Part shown: piece after piece, positions 1 through 12,590 of the stretch
How positions within the stretch are numbered: position 1 is the first letter of the stretch
Layout: each line of letters starts with the position of its first letter
DNA from: the human T2T-CHM13v2.0 reference genome, Homo sapiens
Assembly (NCBI RefSeq): GCF_009914755.1
Contig: NC_060929.1
Direction: 5' to 3' (one strand)
Length of the DNA stretch: 64,000 nucleotides
Program-made: the position numbers and the translations under genes
The notes under the pieces: generated by a model
What the model was told of the DNA's origin: nothing
Databases searched by the model: none
Seen by the model: the letters and a program-made list of their open reading frames with translations, nothing else

Positions 1-117
1 TTCCTTCTAAGGTCTTTACACCCTATCCTATATTTTATAGGGACCCTTAGACAAGTAAGATATTATAAAATACAATCACTCTGGAGGAGCCACAGAGGAA
101 GAAAGGCAAGGCATTTG

Positions 118-680
118 TGTTACTTACTGCTGTATAACACATTAAATTAATGCAAAATGTAGTGGCTTGAAAAACCACTTCTTATCTCACAGTTTCTCCA
201 GGTCAAGAATTCAGGGATAGCATAACTAGGTGGTTTTGGTTCAGGGTCTCCTAAGAGGTTGGAGTCCGGATATTTGCCAGGGCTATTATCACCTGAAGGC
301 CTGTTGGGAGCTGGGGGATCTACTTCCTAGCTCACTTAATTGGTTTTTGGGAGTTAGTGTCAGTTTCTTGCTGTCTGTTGACTGGGGGCCTCAGTTCCTC
401 AGCTCATGGGCCTTTTCACTGTGATGCTAGAAAACATGCTTGAAACATGTGATGCTTGCAACATGGCAGCTGGCTTTCCCCAGGGTGAGTGCTCCAAGAA
501 AGTGCAAGGCAGAAACCATGATGTTTTGTATAGCCTAGACTCTGAAGTCACATGCCAGTTCTGCCATATTCTATGGATCTCACAGACCAGCCCTGTTATA
601 ATGCAAGAGGGGACTGCACAAGAAGAAAAACATCAAAGGGCAGGGGTCATTTGGAACCTCCTGAAGGCTGGATACCACAG
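118..680. mobile_element. MLT1-family (ERVL-MaLR) solo LTR, old
   Basis: tgctgtataaca...aaaatgtagtggcttgaaaaaccacttcttatctcacagtttct...ggtcaagaattcagg is a typical MLT1 LTR end. Confidence 0.65.
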
Positions 681-848
681 CATGTAAAAGTGAACATACA
701 ACACAAAGTAGCAAAGTTTTTTCTTAAATGTAAAAATTGAATATTGAAAACAATTCATTTATTGAAAATTACATACTTGTAGCTACTTATCTTGAATTTT
801 TATGAAAAGAATGTATAATGCCTAATGGCATAATGCCACTTATTACAG

Positions 849-1077
849 GACTGGAACCCAGAGTTGCCACCAGATGGGATATTCAAAAATACGCCAGAGA
901 GGCCTACAACCTGGGGGTCAGGTACATTGGCGGGTGCTGTGGATTTGAGCCCTACCACATCAGGGCAATTGCAGAGGAGCTGGCCCCAGAAAGGGGCTTT
1001 TTGCCACCAGCTTCAGAAAAACATGGCAGCTGGGGAAGTGGTTTGGACATGCACACCAAACCCTGGGTTAGAGCAAG
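849..1077 (+). CDS. BHMT: BHMT penultimate coding exon (exon 7), 229 bp
   Basis: Acceptor ttattacag|GA at 848/849 and donor GCAAG|gtaagc at 1077/1078. Translates (G)[75 protein letters not shown](R), including the Zn-binding GGCCG motif of homocysteine S-methyltransferases. Confidence 0.98.
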
Positions 1078-1332
1078 GTAAGCATCTTTTTACTAACCCA
1101 AACTAATTTAGATTATGAATATGTTCAAGTGAGGCCATTTAGAAGACTGCAGCAAATTTGTTGTGTGATGATGAAGAATCAGTCATCCCCAAATTCTCTC
1201 CCAGAGATGTTTACAAAGCATCCTTATTAGGTGATTTCTGGAGATTGTTTTAAGAATATAGAACGTATTTGACCTGATTTTGGATTTTGAAAAGAAAAAG
1301 AAAAATTTTTTTAAAAATTGTTTTTAAATATA

Positions 1333-1695
<363 letters not shown>

Positions 1696-2974
1696 CTAGT
1701 AAAGCACCATTAGTGTGGTGCACAATACTCTTAAATTGCATTGATTTTTAAGAGTTAAGGACCACTTAAGTATAGCTAATACTGATTGTTCTATATCAAG
1801 CATGATTTTCAGAGCTGGGAATACGGTGGCAAATAAGACAGGCAAGGTCTTTGCCCTCAGAGTTTACATTCCAATGGGGAAGATGAATAATACACTAGTA
1901 AAAAAAAATGTATGTCAGGCACTGGGAAGGGCAGTAGGAATATAGAAATGAGAAGCCGTGGATTAGAGACTCACAGTCTACTGGGTAAAAGAATACGAAA
2001 GCCAATGTATTATACTGTGGTAGCTGCTTTAGTAGATGTATGGATAGAAAAGTAACAAGAGAAGAGAATGACTATCTCTGCCTAACAGAAAGATATTTTA
2101 AAAGAAGGGTTTTGGGGCTGGATTTTGAAGGCTCAATAGGCTCCTACCATATAGAGAACTAGGAAGCGGGTGGAGGACAGGTGCTCCAAGGAGAGGTAGC
2201 AGTTCCACTCTGTTCAGCAGCTATTAACAGAGCACAGCTATCTGTCAGATGCTGTTGTGGATGCTGAGGTAGCAAGCTAAACAAGGAGCTAGCAATCTAG
2301 CAGGCAGAACGATAAGCAGGTAATGTCCAATGAGTATAGTAAGTCCAAGGATGAAGATGTGCATAGGTGTGCAGGGTCTGAGCTAATGTCCCAAGGGGCA
2401 AAAGGCAGAGAGAGGGTGAATGAAGGATTTCTAAGAAAGCTGATGCCTGAGTTGAATTCTGAGAGAGGAATTACATTGCTAGAGGAACAGCCCTCAGGAA
2501 AGCACTGAGAAGTGGAAAGAGAATGACACATTGAGAAACTGGAAGTTTGAGAATAGCAGAGACAGAATTTGGTGAAAGACACCTCCCAGGAGGAGGAGGC
2601 AGCCTCTTTATTCATGCTCAGGAGTTATGTAGGACCCCATCCCAAAGGCAAAGAGGAGCCTGGGTGGTCTCAGGTAGCCCAGGGCAAGGTTAGATTAGCA
2701 AGTTAGCAAGTTGTAATCGCCATGTGAGGAAGACTTGCTAGGAGGGACAGCAGACAGGTTGAGGCCTGAGCTAGAAGGAAGCAAAGGAAATAGAAGGGCA
2801 GAAGTGGAGCCTGCAGAGTGAGAGGTGCAGAAGTTATCCAGGGTTTGGGGAAGAATAACCAAGGTGAACTCAGCTGGCTCATGAGGATGTGAGGAAGGAC
2901 AGGTAGTGTAAGTGGAATAGACAGTACTCCTATCCCAAATTTTCCCTGTACATATATTAAAAGAAGAAATTCAA

Positions 2975-3277
2975 GGTGGGCATAGTGACTCACACCTGTA
3001 ATCCCAGCACTTTGGGAAGCCGAGGCAGGCGAATCACTTGAGCTCAGGAGTTTGAGACCAGCCTGGGCAACATGGCGAAACCCTGTCTCTACAAAAAGTA
3101 CAAAAATTAGCTGTACTAATTTTGTACCTATGTGGTGGCATAGGCCTATAATCCCAGCTACTCAAAAGGCTGAGGCAGAAGAATCACTTGAACCTGGGAG
3201 GCGGGGGTTGCAGTGAGCCAAGATCGTACCACTGCACTCCAGACAGGGTGACAGAGTAAGACCCTGTCTCAAAAAAG
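2975..3277 (+). mobile_element. Alu, intron 7
   Basis: Full dimer flanked by the direct repeat aagaaattcaa. Confidence 0.93.
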
Positions 3278-3384
3278 AAATTCAAAGTAACTTTAGACTT
3301 ACAGATTGAGGGGAGGGGGTGGAATTTTTAGTCCAGATTAATGTGTGTTTTAATGGATGCACTCTGAGAATCCAAAGATGGCTC

Positions 3385-3841
3385 CCTCAATGTGCACTCA
3401 TAACAGAACAAGAAATCACATCAGTTTTTACATCAAAGGGCACCTTCTATGACAAAAACCATTGTTAATGAGGCAGATGCCTCTGGAGGAAACACTGTAA
3501 AAAGCCTTCCAGCAGAATGGACCGCTTCCCAGTCCCTCAACTGCTTCTGATGTTTCTTCTCATCTACAAAAGTAAAATACAGTGTACAGTAACCTTTTAA
3601 TCAAAACACAGCATCATGGATGGAGACAAAGCCTGTTGCTGATGGTTGTTGCTGTTCAGCAGCTGACACGGGTATTCTAGTGATGCTACTGTGCTGCTTA
3701 GTTACCCTGAGCACATGATTTTTTCACTGTGTTAATGGTATGTCATACTTTTCCTGTTAAGTATTAATGTGTGGATAAGTGTAAGCAAATGATTGTTTAT
3801 CAGTAGCATATAAATTCGTAGTCAGGAATCATGGTGAAGCC
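3385..3841 (+). mobile_element. Tigger4/Zombi-like DNA transposon remnant, 5' part (split by the SVA)
   Basis: cagtgtacagtaaccttttaatcaaaacacagcatc...gctactgtgctgcttagttaccctga resembles the recalled Tigger4 consensus and continues after the SVA. Confidence 0.7.
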
Positions 3842-6309
3842 GCTCTCCCTCTCCCTCTCCCTCTCCCTCTCCCTCCTCCTCCCCCTCCCCCTCCCCCTCC
3901 CCCTCCCCCTCTCCCTCCACGGTCTCCCTCTGATGCCGAGCCAAGGCTGGACGGTACTGCTGCCATCTCGGCTCACTGCAACCTCCCTGCCTGATTCTCC
4001 TGCCTCAGCCTGCCGAGTGCCTGCGATTGCAGGCGCGCACCGCCACGCCTGACTGGTTTTCGTTTTTTTTTGGTGGAGACGGGGTTTCGCTGTGTTGGCC
4101 GGGCTGGTCTCCAGCTCCTAGCCGCGAGTGATCCGCCAGCCTCGGCCTCCCGAGGTGCCGGGATTGCAGATGGAGTCTCGTTCACTCAGTGCTCAATGGT
4201 GCCCAGGCTGGAGTGCAGTGGCGTGATCTCGGCTCGCTGCAACCACCTCCCAGCCGCCTGCCTTGGCCTCCCGGAGAGCCGAGATTGCAGCCTCTGCCCG
4301 GCAGCCACCCCGTCTGGGAAGTGAGGAGCGTCTCTGCTTGGCCACCCATCGTCTGGGATGTGAGGAGCCCCTCTGCCTGGCTGCCCAGTCTGGAAAGTGA
4401 GGAGCGTCTCTGCCCGGCCGCCATCCCATCTGGGAAGCGAGGAGCGCCTCTTCCCCGCCGCCATCCCATCTAGGAAGTGAGGAGCGTCTCTGCCCGGCCG
4501 CCCATCGTCTGAGATGTGGGGAGCAGCTCTGCCCCGCCGCCCTGTCTGGGATGTGAGGAGCGCCTCTGCTGGGCCGCAGCCCTGTCTGGGAGGTGGGGAG
4601 CGTCTCTGCCCGGCCGCTCCGTCTGAGAAGTGAGGAAACCCTCTGCCTGGCAACCGCCCCGTCTGAGAAGTGAGGAGCCCCTCCGTCCGGCAACCACCCC
4701 GTCTGGGAAATGAGGAGCGTCTCCGCCCAGCAGCCACCCCGTCCGGGAGGGAGGTGGGGGGGATCAGCCCCCCGCCCGGCCAGCCGCCCCGTCCGGGAGG
4801 TGAGGGGCTCCTCTGCCCGGCCGCCCCTACTGGGAAGTGAGGAGCCCCTCTGCCCGGCCAAACGCCCCATCCGGGAGGGAGGCGGGGGGGGGGGGGTCGG
4901 CCAGCCGCCCCGTCCGGGAGGGAGGTGGGGGGGTCAGCCCCCCGCCCGGCCAGCCGCCCCGTCCGGGAGGTGAGGGGCTCCTCTGCCCGGCCGCCCCTAC
5001 TGGGAAGTGAGGAGCCCCTCTGCCCAGCCAGACGCCCCGTCCAGGAGGGAGGTGGGGGGGGTCAGCCCCCCGCCCGGCCAGCCGCCCAGTCCGGGAGGGA
5101 GGTGGGGGGTCAGCCCCCCGCCCGGCCAGCCGCCCCGTCTGGGAGGGAGGTGGGGGGATCAGCCCCCCGCCTGGCCAGCCGCCCCATCCGGGAGGTGAGG
5201 GGCGCCTCTGCCCGGCCGCCCCTACTGGGAAGTGAGGAGCCCCTCTGCCCGGCCAGCCGCCCCGCCCGGGAGGGAGGTGGGGGGGTCATCCCCCCACCTG
5301 GCCAGCCGCCCCATCCGGGAGGGAGGTGGGGGGGTCAGCCCCCCGCCCGGCCAGCCGCCCCGTCCGGGAGGGGGGAGGGGGGGTCAGCCCCCTGCCCGGC
5401 CAGCCGCCCCGTCCGGGAGGGAGGTGGGGGGGGTCAGCCCCCCTTCCGGCCGGCCGCCCCGTCCGGGAGGTGAGGGGCGCCTCTGCCCGGCCGCCCCTAC
5501 TGGGAAGTGAGGACCCCTCTGCCCGGCCAGCTGCCCCGTCCGGGAGGGAGGTGGGGGGGACAGCCCCCCGCCCAGCCAGCCGCCCTATCCAGGAGGTGAG
5601 GGGCGCCTCTGCCCGGCCGCCCCTACTGGGAAGTGAGGAGCCCCTCTGCCTGGCCAGCCGCCCCGTCCGGGAGGGTGGTGGGGGGGTCAGCCCCCGCCCG
5701 GCCAGCCGCCCCATCCGGGAGGTGAGGGGCGCTTCTGCCCGGCCGCCCCTACTGGGAAGTGAGGAGCCCCTCTGCCCGGCCACGACCCCGTCTGGGAGGT
5801 GTGCCCAGCGGCTCATTGGGGATGGGCCATGATGACAATGGCGGTTTTGTGGAATAGAAAGGCGGGAAGGGTGGGGAAAAAATTGAGAAATCGGATGGTT
5901 GCCGGGTCTGTGTGGATAGAAGTAGACATGGGAGACTTTTCATTTTGTTCTGTACTAAGAAAAATTCTTCTGCCTTGGGATCCTGTTGTTCTGTGACCTT
6001 ATCCCCAACCCTGTGCTCTCTGAAACATGTGCTGTGTCCACTCAGGGTTAAATGGATTAAGGGCGGTGCAAGATGTGCTTTGTTAAACAGATGCTTGAAG
6101 GCAGCATGCTCGTTAAGAGTCATCACCACTCCCTAATCTTAAGTACCCAGGGACACAAACACTGCGGAAGGCCAAGGCCGCAGGGTCCTCTGCCTAGGAA
6201 AACCAGAGACCTTTGTTCACTTGTTTATCTGCTGACCTTCCCTCCACTATTGTCCTATGACCCTGCCAAATCCCCCTCTGCGAGAAACACCCAAGAATGA
6301 TCAATAAAA

Positions 6310-6340
<31 letters not shown>
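3842..6340 (+). mobile_element. Full-length SVA retrotransposon (SVA_E-like), sense to BHMT
   Basis: (CCCTCT)n hexamers ~3842-3918, antisense Alu-like domain ~3919-4290, GC-rich VNTR ~4290-5800, SINE-R ~5800-6302, AATAAA 6303-6308, poly(A) to 6340. Perfect TSD AGGAATCATGGTGAAGCC at 3824-3841 and 6341-6358. Confidence 0.98.
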
Positions 6341-6341
<1 letters not shown>

Positions 6342-6358
6342 GGAATCATGGTGAAGCC

Positions 6359-6470
6359 AAACAACCACAGACTGCCCACACAGGTGGCTGAGATTGACAC
6401 CTTTGCTTTTTAATGTCTGATAGGCAACTTTGTGTGCTGCATGAAATTATTTAAAATATTATATAATTTT
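6359..6470 (+). mobile_element. Tigger4/Zombi-like remnant, 3' part
   Basis: aaacaaccacagactgcccacacaggtggctgagattgacacctttgcttt...aaattatttaaaatatt continues the element interrupted at 3841. Confidence 0.7.
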
Positions 6471-6546
6471 TAAATGGTTCCATGATATAAAGACCAAAGC
6501 TAGGGGAGGAGTCTGTTGTCTGGTGTCATGTGTTTTGTTCACACAG

Positions 6547-6730
6547 GGCCAGGAAGGAATACTGGGAGAATCTTCGGATAGCCTCAGGCCGGCCATACAA
6601 CCCTTCAATGTCAAAGCCAGATGGCTGGGGAGTGACCAAAGGAACAGCCGAGCTGATGCAGCAGAAAGAAGCCACAACTGAGCAGCAGCTGAAAGAGCTC
6701 TTTGAAAAACAAAAATTCAAATCACAGTAG
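6547..6730 (+). CDS. BHMT: BHMT terminal coding exon (exon 8), coding part 184 bp
   Basis: Acceptor tgttttgttcacacag|G. Phase fits exon 7 (AG+G = Arg). Translates [60 protein letters not shown] with stop TAG at 6728-6730. The C-terminal extension after SKPD distinguishes BHMT from the shorter paralogue BHMT2. Confidence 0.98.
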
Positions 6731-7429
6731 CCTCGATAGAAGCTATTTTTGATGAATTTCTAGGTGTTTGGGTCACAGTTCCTACAAATACGGAAAAGGG
6801 GGTTAAAAAGCAGTGCTTTCATGAATGCCATCCTACACATATTATTGCTATTACCTGAACAAAATAGAATTACAAATAGCACTTGATAATTTTAAAGTAT
6901 GTTTTAGAAATTTTCTTAGGAGCAAAATAAGTACAAAGTAAATCTTGAACAGGTTCACTAAGCACCCACCCTGTGAAAAGTATTATGGAAATCACTGCAG
7001 CACAGGAAAAGTAATTCAGATGTTAATGCCACTTGAAGAAGTTGGTAGGCTAGCAAAGAGGATGAGACATGAACTGTCATAAAGGACTCAGCAACCAGCC
7101 AGGGACAGATAAAGCGCTATGGAAAGGGGCTTCCAAGTTCTTTTGAACATGACCCTTAGTAACAAACACAATTTATATAATGACCCAGCAAAACACATCA
7201 CATCTTACTGTCGAAATTAAATGTGTGATCCATCCTAGTATTTTCTGTTCCATTCCTTTTCATTCTATTTCATTTATAAAACATGCTAGTTGAGACTTTT
7301 CAAATGGATTTTTATGACCCACTACTGGGTTTGGATCCACAGTTTGAAAAATATTGCTACAAGACACTTAAGGAGACCATCCTGTTTAAGTTTATTCTTA
7401 TAAGTAGGTCAGTCATATGAGACCTGATC

Positions 7430-7435
7430 AATAAA
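7430..7435 (+). terminator. Candidate proximal polyadenylation signal (AATAAA)
   Basis: AATAAA inside the 3' UTR, followed about 30 nt later by ttcttctgtttcgtg. Usage cannot be seen from the sequence. Confidence 0.35.
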
Positions 7436-7877
7436 TATCCAATACCCAGAGTCCTGCTCTCAGAGTTCTTCTGTTTCGTGACCCACTTTTCTACCAGTAA
7501 AAGACATAGACCAATGGGGAGGAGGGGAGGAGAGATGGATATTTCAGCCCTCTCCATCCTAGTCAACACTGGATCCACCTAGTGCCTCTGGGCCATAAGG
7601 CTGAGCAGAGTGAGCTTGTATTAGTTGGTAGCTTTTAAAAAATATAATAAGAAAAAAGTAGAGATTCTCCAAACTCTAGCCTGGTTTCCTAGATTGAGAA
7701 CTATGATATTTTTCTCTGATAATTTAATATCTACTCTCCTACAAAAGCTCAAGCCTGAAGATACAAGACTATTAGAAGAAACATGACTACCCTCAGTGTA
7801 TTAGAAAAGAGGTCATGCAGCTTTCTAAACATTATTGAATTGTTTGAGCTGTTTTGAAATTGTAATTCTTTTCAGCT

Positions 7878-7883
7878 ATTAAA
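7878..7883 (+). terminator. Probable main BHMT polyadenylation signal (ATTAAA)
   Basis: ATTAAA at 7878-7883, with a downstream U/GU-rich element ttgcttgtattttattctt at about 7905-7923. Confidence 0.65.
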
Positions 7884-8101
7884 AAGAAGAGCAATGAGAC
7901 TATATTGCTTGTATTTTATTCTTATCCTGGTTCTACAATTTGCTAAGTCTTACATGAAACCTCTATACCTCAATTTCTTCACCTATTTAAAAGAAAAACC
8001 TACTTCACAAGTATGCTGGAATTTTAAAGGAGCAGGTGGCAGTATTTAAAAGGAAAAGAGGCCCTACTGGCTCTTTCTGGAGAGCCAGTCAGGGAATTCT
8101 A

Positions 8102-8433
<332 letters not shown>

Positions 8434-8830
8434 TTACTAAGAGTTAATAATCCACCCCTAATCCCTCAATGCACAGAAACAGAGCCAAAGCAGCACAACT
8501 TTCAGAGGCTGCATATGGCTAGTGGAAACAAGAGTGAACTCCACTTGTTTTTTGTTTTTTTTTTTTTTTTTTTGGCAAAGTTGTTATCTATCATTTCTCT
8601 TATATTCTCAAACCAAGCTCAGTATTTAAAGCTTTCACTCACAGATGACATTTTATTGGACTTGCTGTTCTATTACTGTGTAAAATGCATGTTCCTTTAA
8701 TATTCTTTTCAGAGTTTTGTTGCCACCAAAATATTATAACCTTTAATCATTTTTATATCCATCGTTTTTTAAAATATTTTTCTGAAAAGGAGCTATGGTA
8801 AAGACATTCTTGAATTAAATTATATGTCAA

Positions 8831-8850
8831 CACTGCCTCCTAGTGGTATA
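8831..8850 (-). promoter_or_regulatory. CTCF-like motif downstream of the BHMT 3' end
   Basis: Minus strand reads TATACCACTAGGAGGCAGTG, close to the CCASYAGRKGGCRS core. Motif match only. Confidence 0.4.
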
Positions 8851-9611
8851 GTTCATATTTTGAAATTGTTTTTAAAATTTCAGTCCCTCCTCCAAACATG
8901 TGCATTTTATTTCCAGAAATCTTGTTCATTAAGAGAGAAAGCTCATTTAATACCTAAGAGTTGATTTATGTTAAATAGACATTTCTCACTGGTAAATATT
9001 TTTTATGGACTCCGAACCAGAGGGACCTTAGAGATCAAAAGTCCAAACTATCCTTTTAAGGATAAGATTACCAAGGCAGGATGCAAAGTCAGGAAGCACT
9101 TCTCACTATTCCAAGGCTGTCAAGAAAGACGGCTTTAGCTTAGCCTTTTGTAGGAAGGGTTGGGGAAGCTGGGGGGCAGTACCAGAACAGATGGTCCACA
9201 AAACTAAGGAGTCATCCTCCAGCCAGGAATAAAATAAAGGTCTTTGGCGTTACTCAGAGTAAACATGAACTCACTAAATAAACTGTTTGCAGTTTGTACT
9301 CTGACACTTCTACACACTGTAGCAAACCACCTTTGGATAAGACAGCCAAGCCAACGCAGACCCCTAAAGGAAACAAGAACTGCGCAGGAATGAATCAAGA
9401 ACATCCGTTCCCAACTTCTCCAGATGGGGGCAGCAGGTCGCCAGCAGGAAATGCATGAGTAACCTTATTTTGTTTGAACTTAAGTTATTTCATCAGGCTA
9501 AGCTCTAACAGTTTTGGTCAGTTTTTTCTTAAGACATGTGGATCTTTGAATCACATCCAGGACAACGCACCCATCAAGAAAAGCCTTTAACAAGTTTGAG
9601 TCAGGAATTAA

Positions 9612-9760
9612 AAAAGAGGAAGGAAGGGAGAAAGGGAGGGAAAAAGGGAGGGAGAACGGGAGGGAAGGAAAGAAAGGAGAGAGGGAGGGAGGGAGGAGAG
9701 AGGCAGGGAGGGAGGAAGGAGGGCGGGGAGGGACTGCAGGAGAGCAGGCAGGCAGGCAGG
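9612..9760. repeat. Purine-rich low-complexity tract (GGAA/GGGA/GGCA)
   Basis: Visible directly in the sequence. Confidence 0.85.
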
Positions 9761-10477
9761 CTTTATGCATCTCCAACTAGATCCCCATTTTCCCCAGAAA
9801 CGTTTTTTTTTTTCCAGCCTTCAGCACACTGAAGGGCTTGAGGGCTTTATAGACTGTTCTCCCAAATAGCCTCCTTGATAGTCAATAACATCCACTCAGT
9901 CAGTCTGGAACCTCCCACGTGTTACCTGCCAGGTCAAGGACCCTGGCTCTTAGATAACAAAGGAGGAAGAAGTCAATTTCAAGAGAGAAAAATAGGACTT
10001 ATGAACGGCTTCAGAAATAGTATGCCTGGTGGGATGTTAAACGACAGAATTAGAGATAGCAAGGTATAATATTTCTAAACATCTTCAGGAAGGAATATTT
10101 AGTGTTTGAACAGAAAATGATGAAAGGCAGGCAAATGCAAAGAATTCTCAAAAATGGTAACAGGAAGGGTAGGATCCTTTGGTAAAATTGGTGGGAGTGT
10201 GGTGAGAGAAAGGAATGGCCAGAAAATGCTTCCGGTTTTCAAGCAGCTGGAGGCATTCTGTTGGCATTGGATAGATGAAAAATTAAGATGATGGAAAATG
10301 AGAGAGACAGATGTCATCATTTATGCTGCTGTGAGTTACAGGAATAATACCAAACAAGTCATGTACAGCAAAACAGTAAAAACAGGTTAATTTATATGCC
10401 ATGAAATCAAACGCATGATCATTTTAACTTGTGGTTAGATGGTTAGATGTTTACATTTAAATTTATTAAAGCTTCCA

Positions 10478-10795
<318 letters not shown>

Positions 10796-12590
10796 TTATG
10801 AAAGTTTCCTATGTAAATACTTACATGAAATGTATTAAGGGAAACATTTCACTTATTTTTAATAAAAAGATATTTCTCTAAATGCCTGAACTATCTTTAG
10901 CAGTCATCACTTGCATGCAAACTGTTAATGTACCCTTCAGAAATTATTCCAGTTTGTTCTTTTGGGCAGGTTCAGTAAGACCTCTGCTTGGCCCCATTCT
11001 GTGGTTATTTGTTCCAATTTACTACATGATCTTGAAAGGAAAAAGCTGAATATCTTTTTAAATAGTTCAGACTTTTTCTCAAGTCAGCCTGGTCATTCTT
11101 CCAATTATTCTGACTTAATGAGATTTTACTGTTCTTTGCAAAAGTTAACGTCCTAAACACCTGAGGTAGCTTAGTGGAATTCACCTATGGCTCAAAAACA
11201 CTAGTGGCACATAGCAGAAAAAGCAAGGAAGACATTTAGAATCAAGACTTTGGGGTGCAAGTCCTAGCTTTGCCCCAACTCCCTGCAGAACATTGGGTAA
11301 ATCACCCCACTTCTCTGTCCTTCAATTTTCTCAACTGTAGGATAACAAGTTTCTAATGCCTTGCTGGAAAACTCCACAGTTGTTTGCGATTTGATGATAT
11401 AAATAAATAATAGCCTCATCATTGTCAATAAATATTTACTGAATGCCACTTGGTGGTATGTTTCCAGCGGACTGAAATTGTTAATTAATTATTCCCCTGG
11501 CTAAACAGACAGCCGACTAAAACAAGTAACACTGTTCAGAGGGCAGGGAAAATGTTACTACCCTAGACTCAGCCTGGTGCTGAAAAATGAAAATGTCATT
11601 CCTCCCCACAGGTACTGTTTTCTAAGGAGACTTGGGTCTGTGGTTTTTCATATTATGAACTGTTTCTATTTTCAAGGTTCAGAATTCTTTGTAGATTTGC
11701 ATAAGCTAAATATTCTAAAAATCATCAAGTGAGTAATTTTTGGTTTAGAGTCCTTCATCTACCTAGGAAGGGAGAGAGCTGGCTTCTCACATTTTGAGAA
11801 TAGGAGAGTGGAATTTGGGAGCTAGACACCTCAGGATTTTTTTCCTTCCATCAGGCCATTCTCAGCAGCTTGATGACTCCCAGATTTCTCTCTCCAGCCT
11901 GGACTACTCCCCAGCATTCAGGCACATGATATCAGCCTGGCCTGTAGACCCAAGCCAGCGGTCCGTGGCCCGGACCCTGTACCTCAGGCCCCAAGCCACT
12001 TCCCATGGCCATTCAGGCAGATGCCCCAGGTCTGGAGCAGGTCCCACATGGATCCTGGTTGTCAGAGGCACCTTCCTCAAAATTGTTTACATCCTCCTCC
12101 AGTGGCTGAGAGCAGCCAGGGCCAGCTGTGCCATCTAGGAAGGGAACCCCAAGCCTGGACCAGTCAGCATGGGACCCAGTCCTCATTTGTCTCCTTCTGA
12201 GTGTTCAGTGACCCTGTACATCCCCGTACCATGTCCCTCACACCCACCCCACTCCTGGAGTGACCAAGTGCCCTAAGAAGCCTAAGGCTTTATGTTGGTC
12301 CTGGTTCCAGGAGGGAGCCCTGGTGATAGGATGGCTTCTGCTGGCAGGAACTGTATTTTATCCCAAGATCTGGTGAGATTGGGCTACCCAGTATGGTGCT
12401 GACACTCTGATTTTGGCTGACTCACATCAGACACAGGACAAGTTCAGGACCTTTGCCCCTTGCCTTGAGCAGTGAACGTAGGCCTTCATTGGCTCTCACC
12501 TGTGAGGGTTCTGACTGCAGCAATACCTATGGTCTGCAGCACTCAAGCGTAAACAAGAATCTAACATAAAATGAATTATTGACACTTCAT

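Larger units (their letters stand above)
6731..7898 (+). other. BHMT: BHMT 3' UTR (end approximate)
   Basis: Unique AT-rich sequence after the stop codon, ending near an ATTAAA that is followed by a T/GT-rich tract. Confidence 0.75.

Noticed and set aside
818-1081. ORF-track starts at 818 and 6530 as gene starts
   Set aside because: The N-terminal residues are intronic. The true boundaries are the splice sites at 849/1077 and 6547.
4290-5800. CRISPR-like array or gene-associated CpG island
   Set aside because: The units are contiguous SVA VNTR repeats without unique spacers, there are no cas genes, and the context is eukaryotic. The CpG density belongs to the retroelement.
4186-5832. Multiple 150-225-aa Pro/Gly/Arg-rich ORFs
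   Set aside because: They derive from the GC-rich SVA VNTR. SVA is non-autonomous and non-coding.
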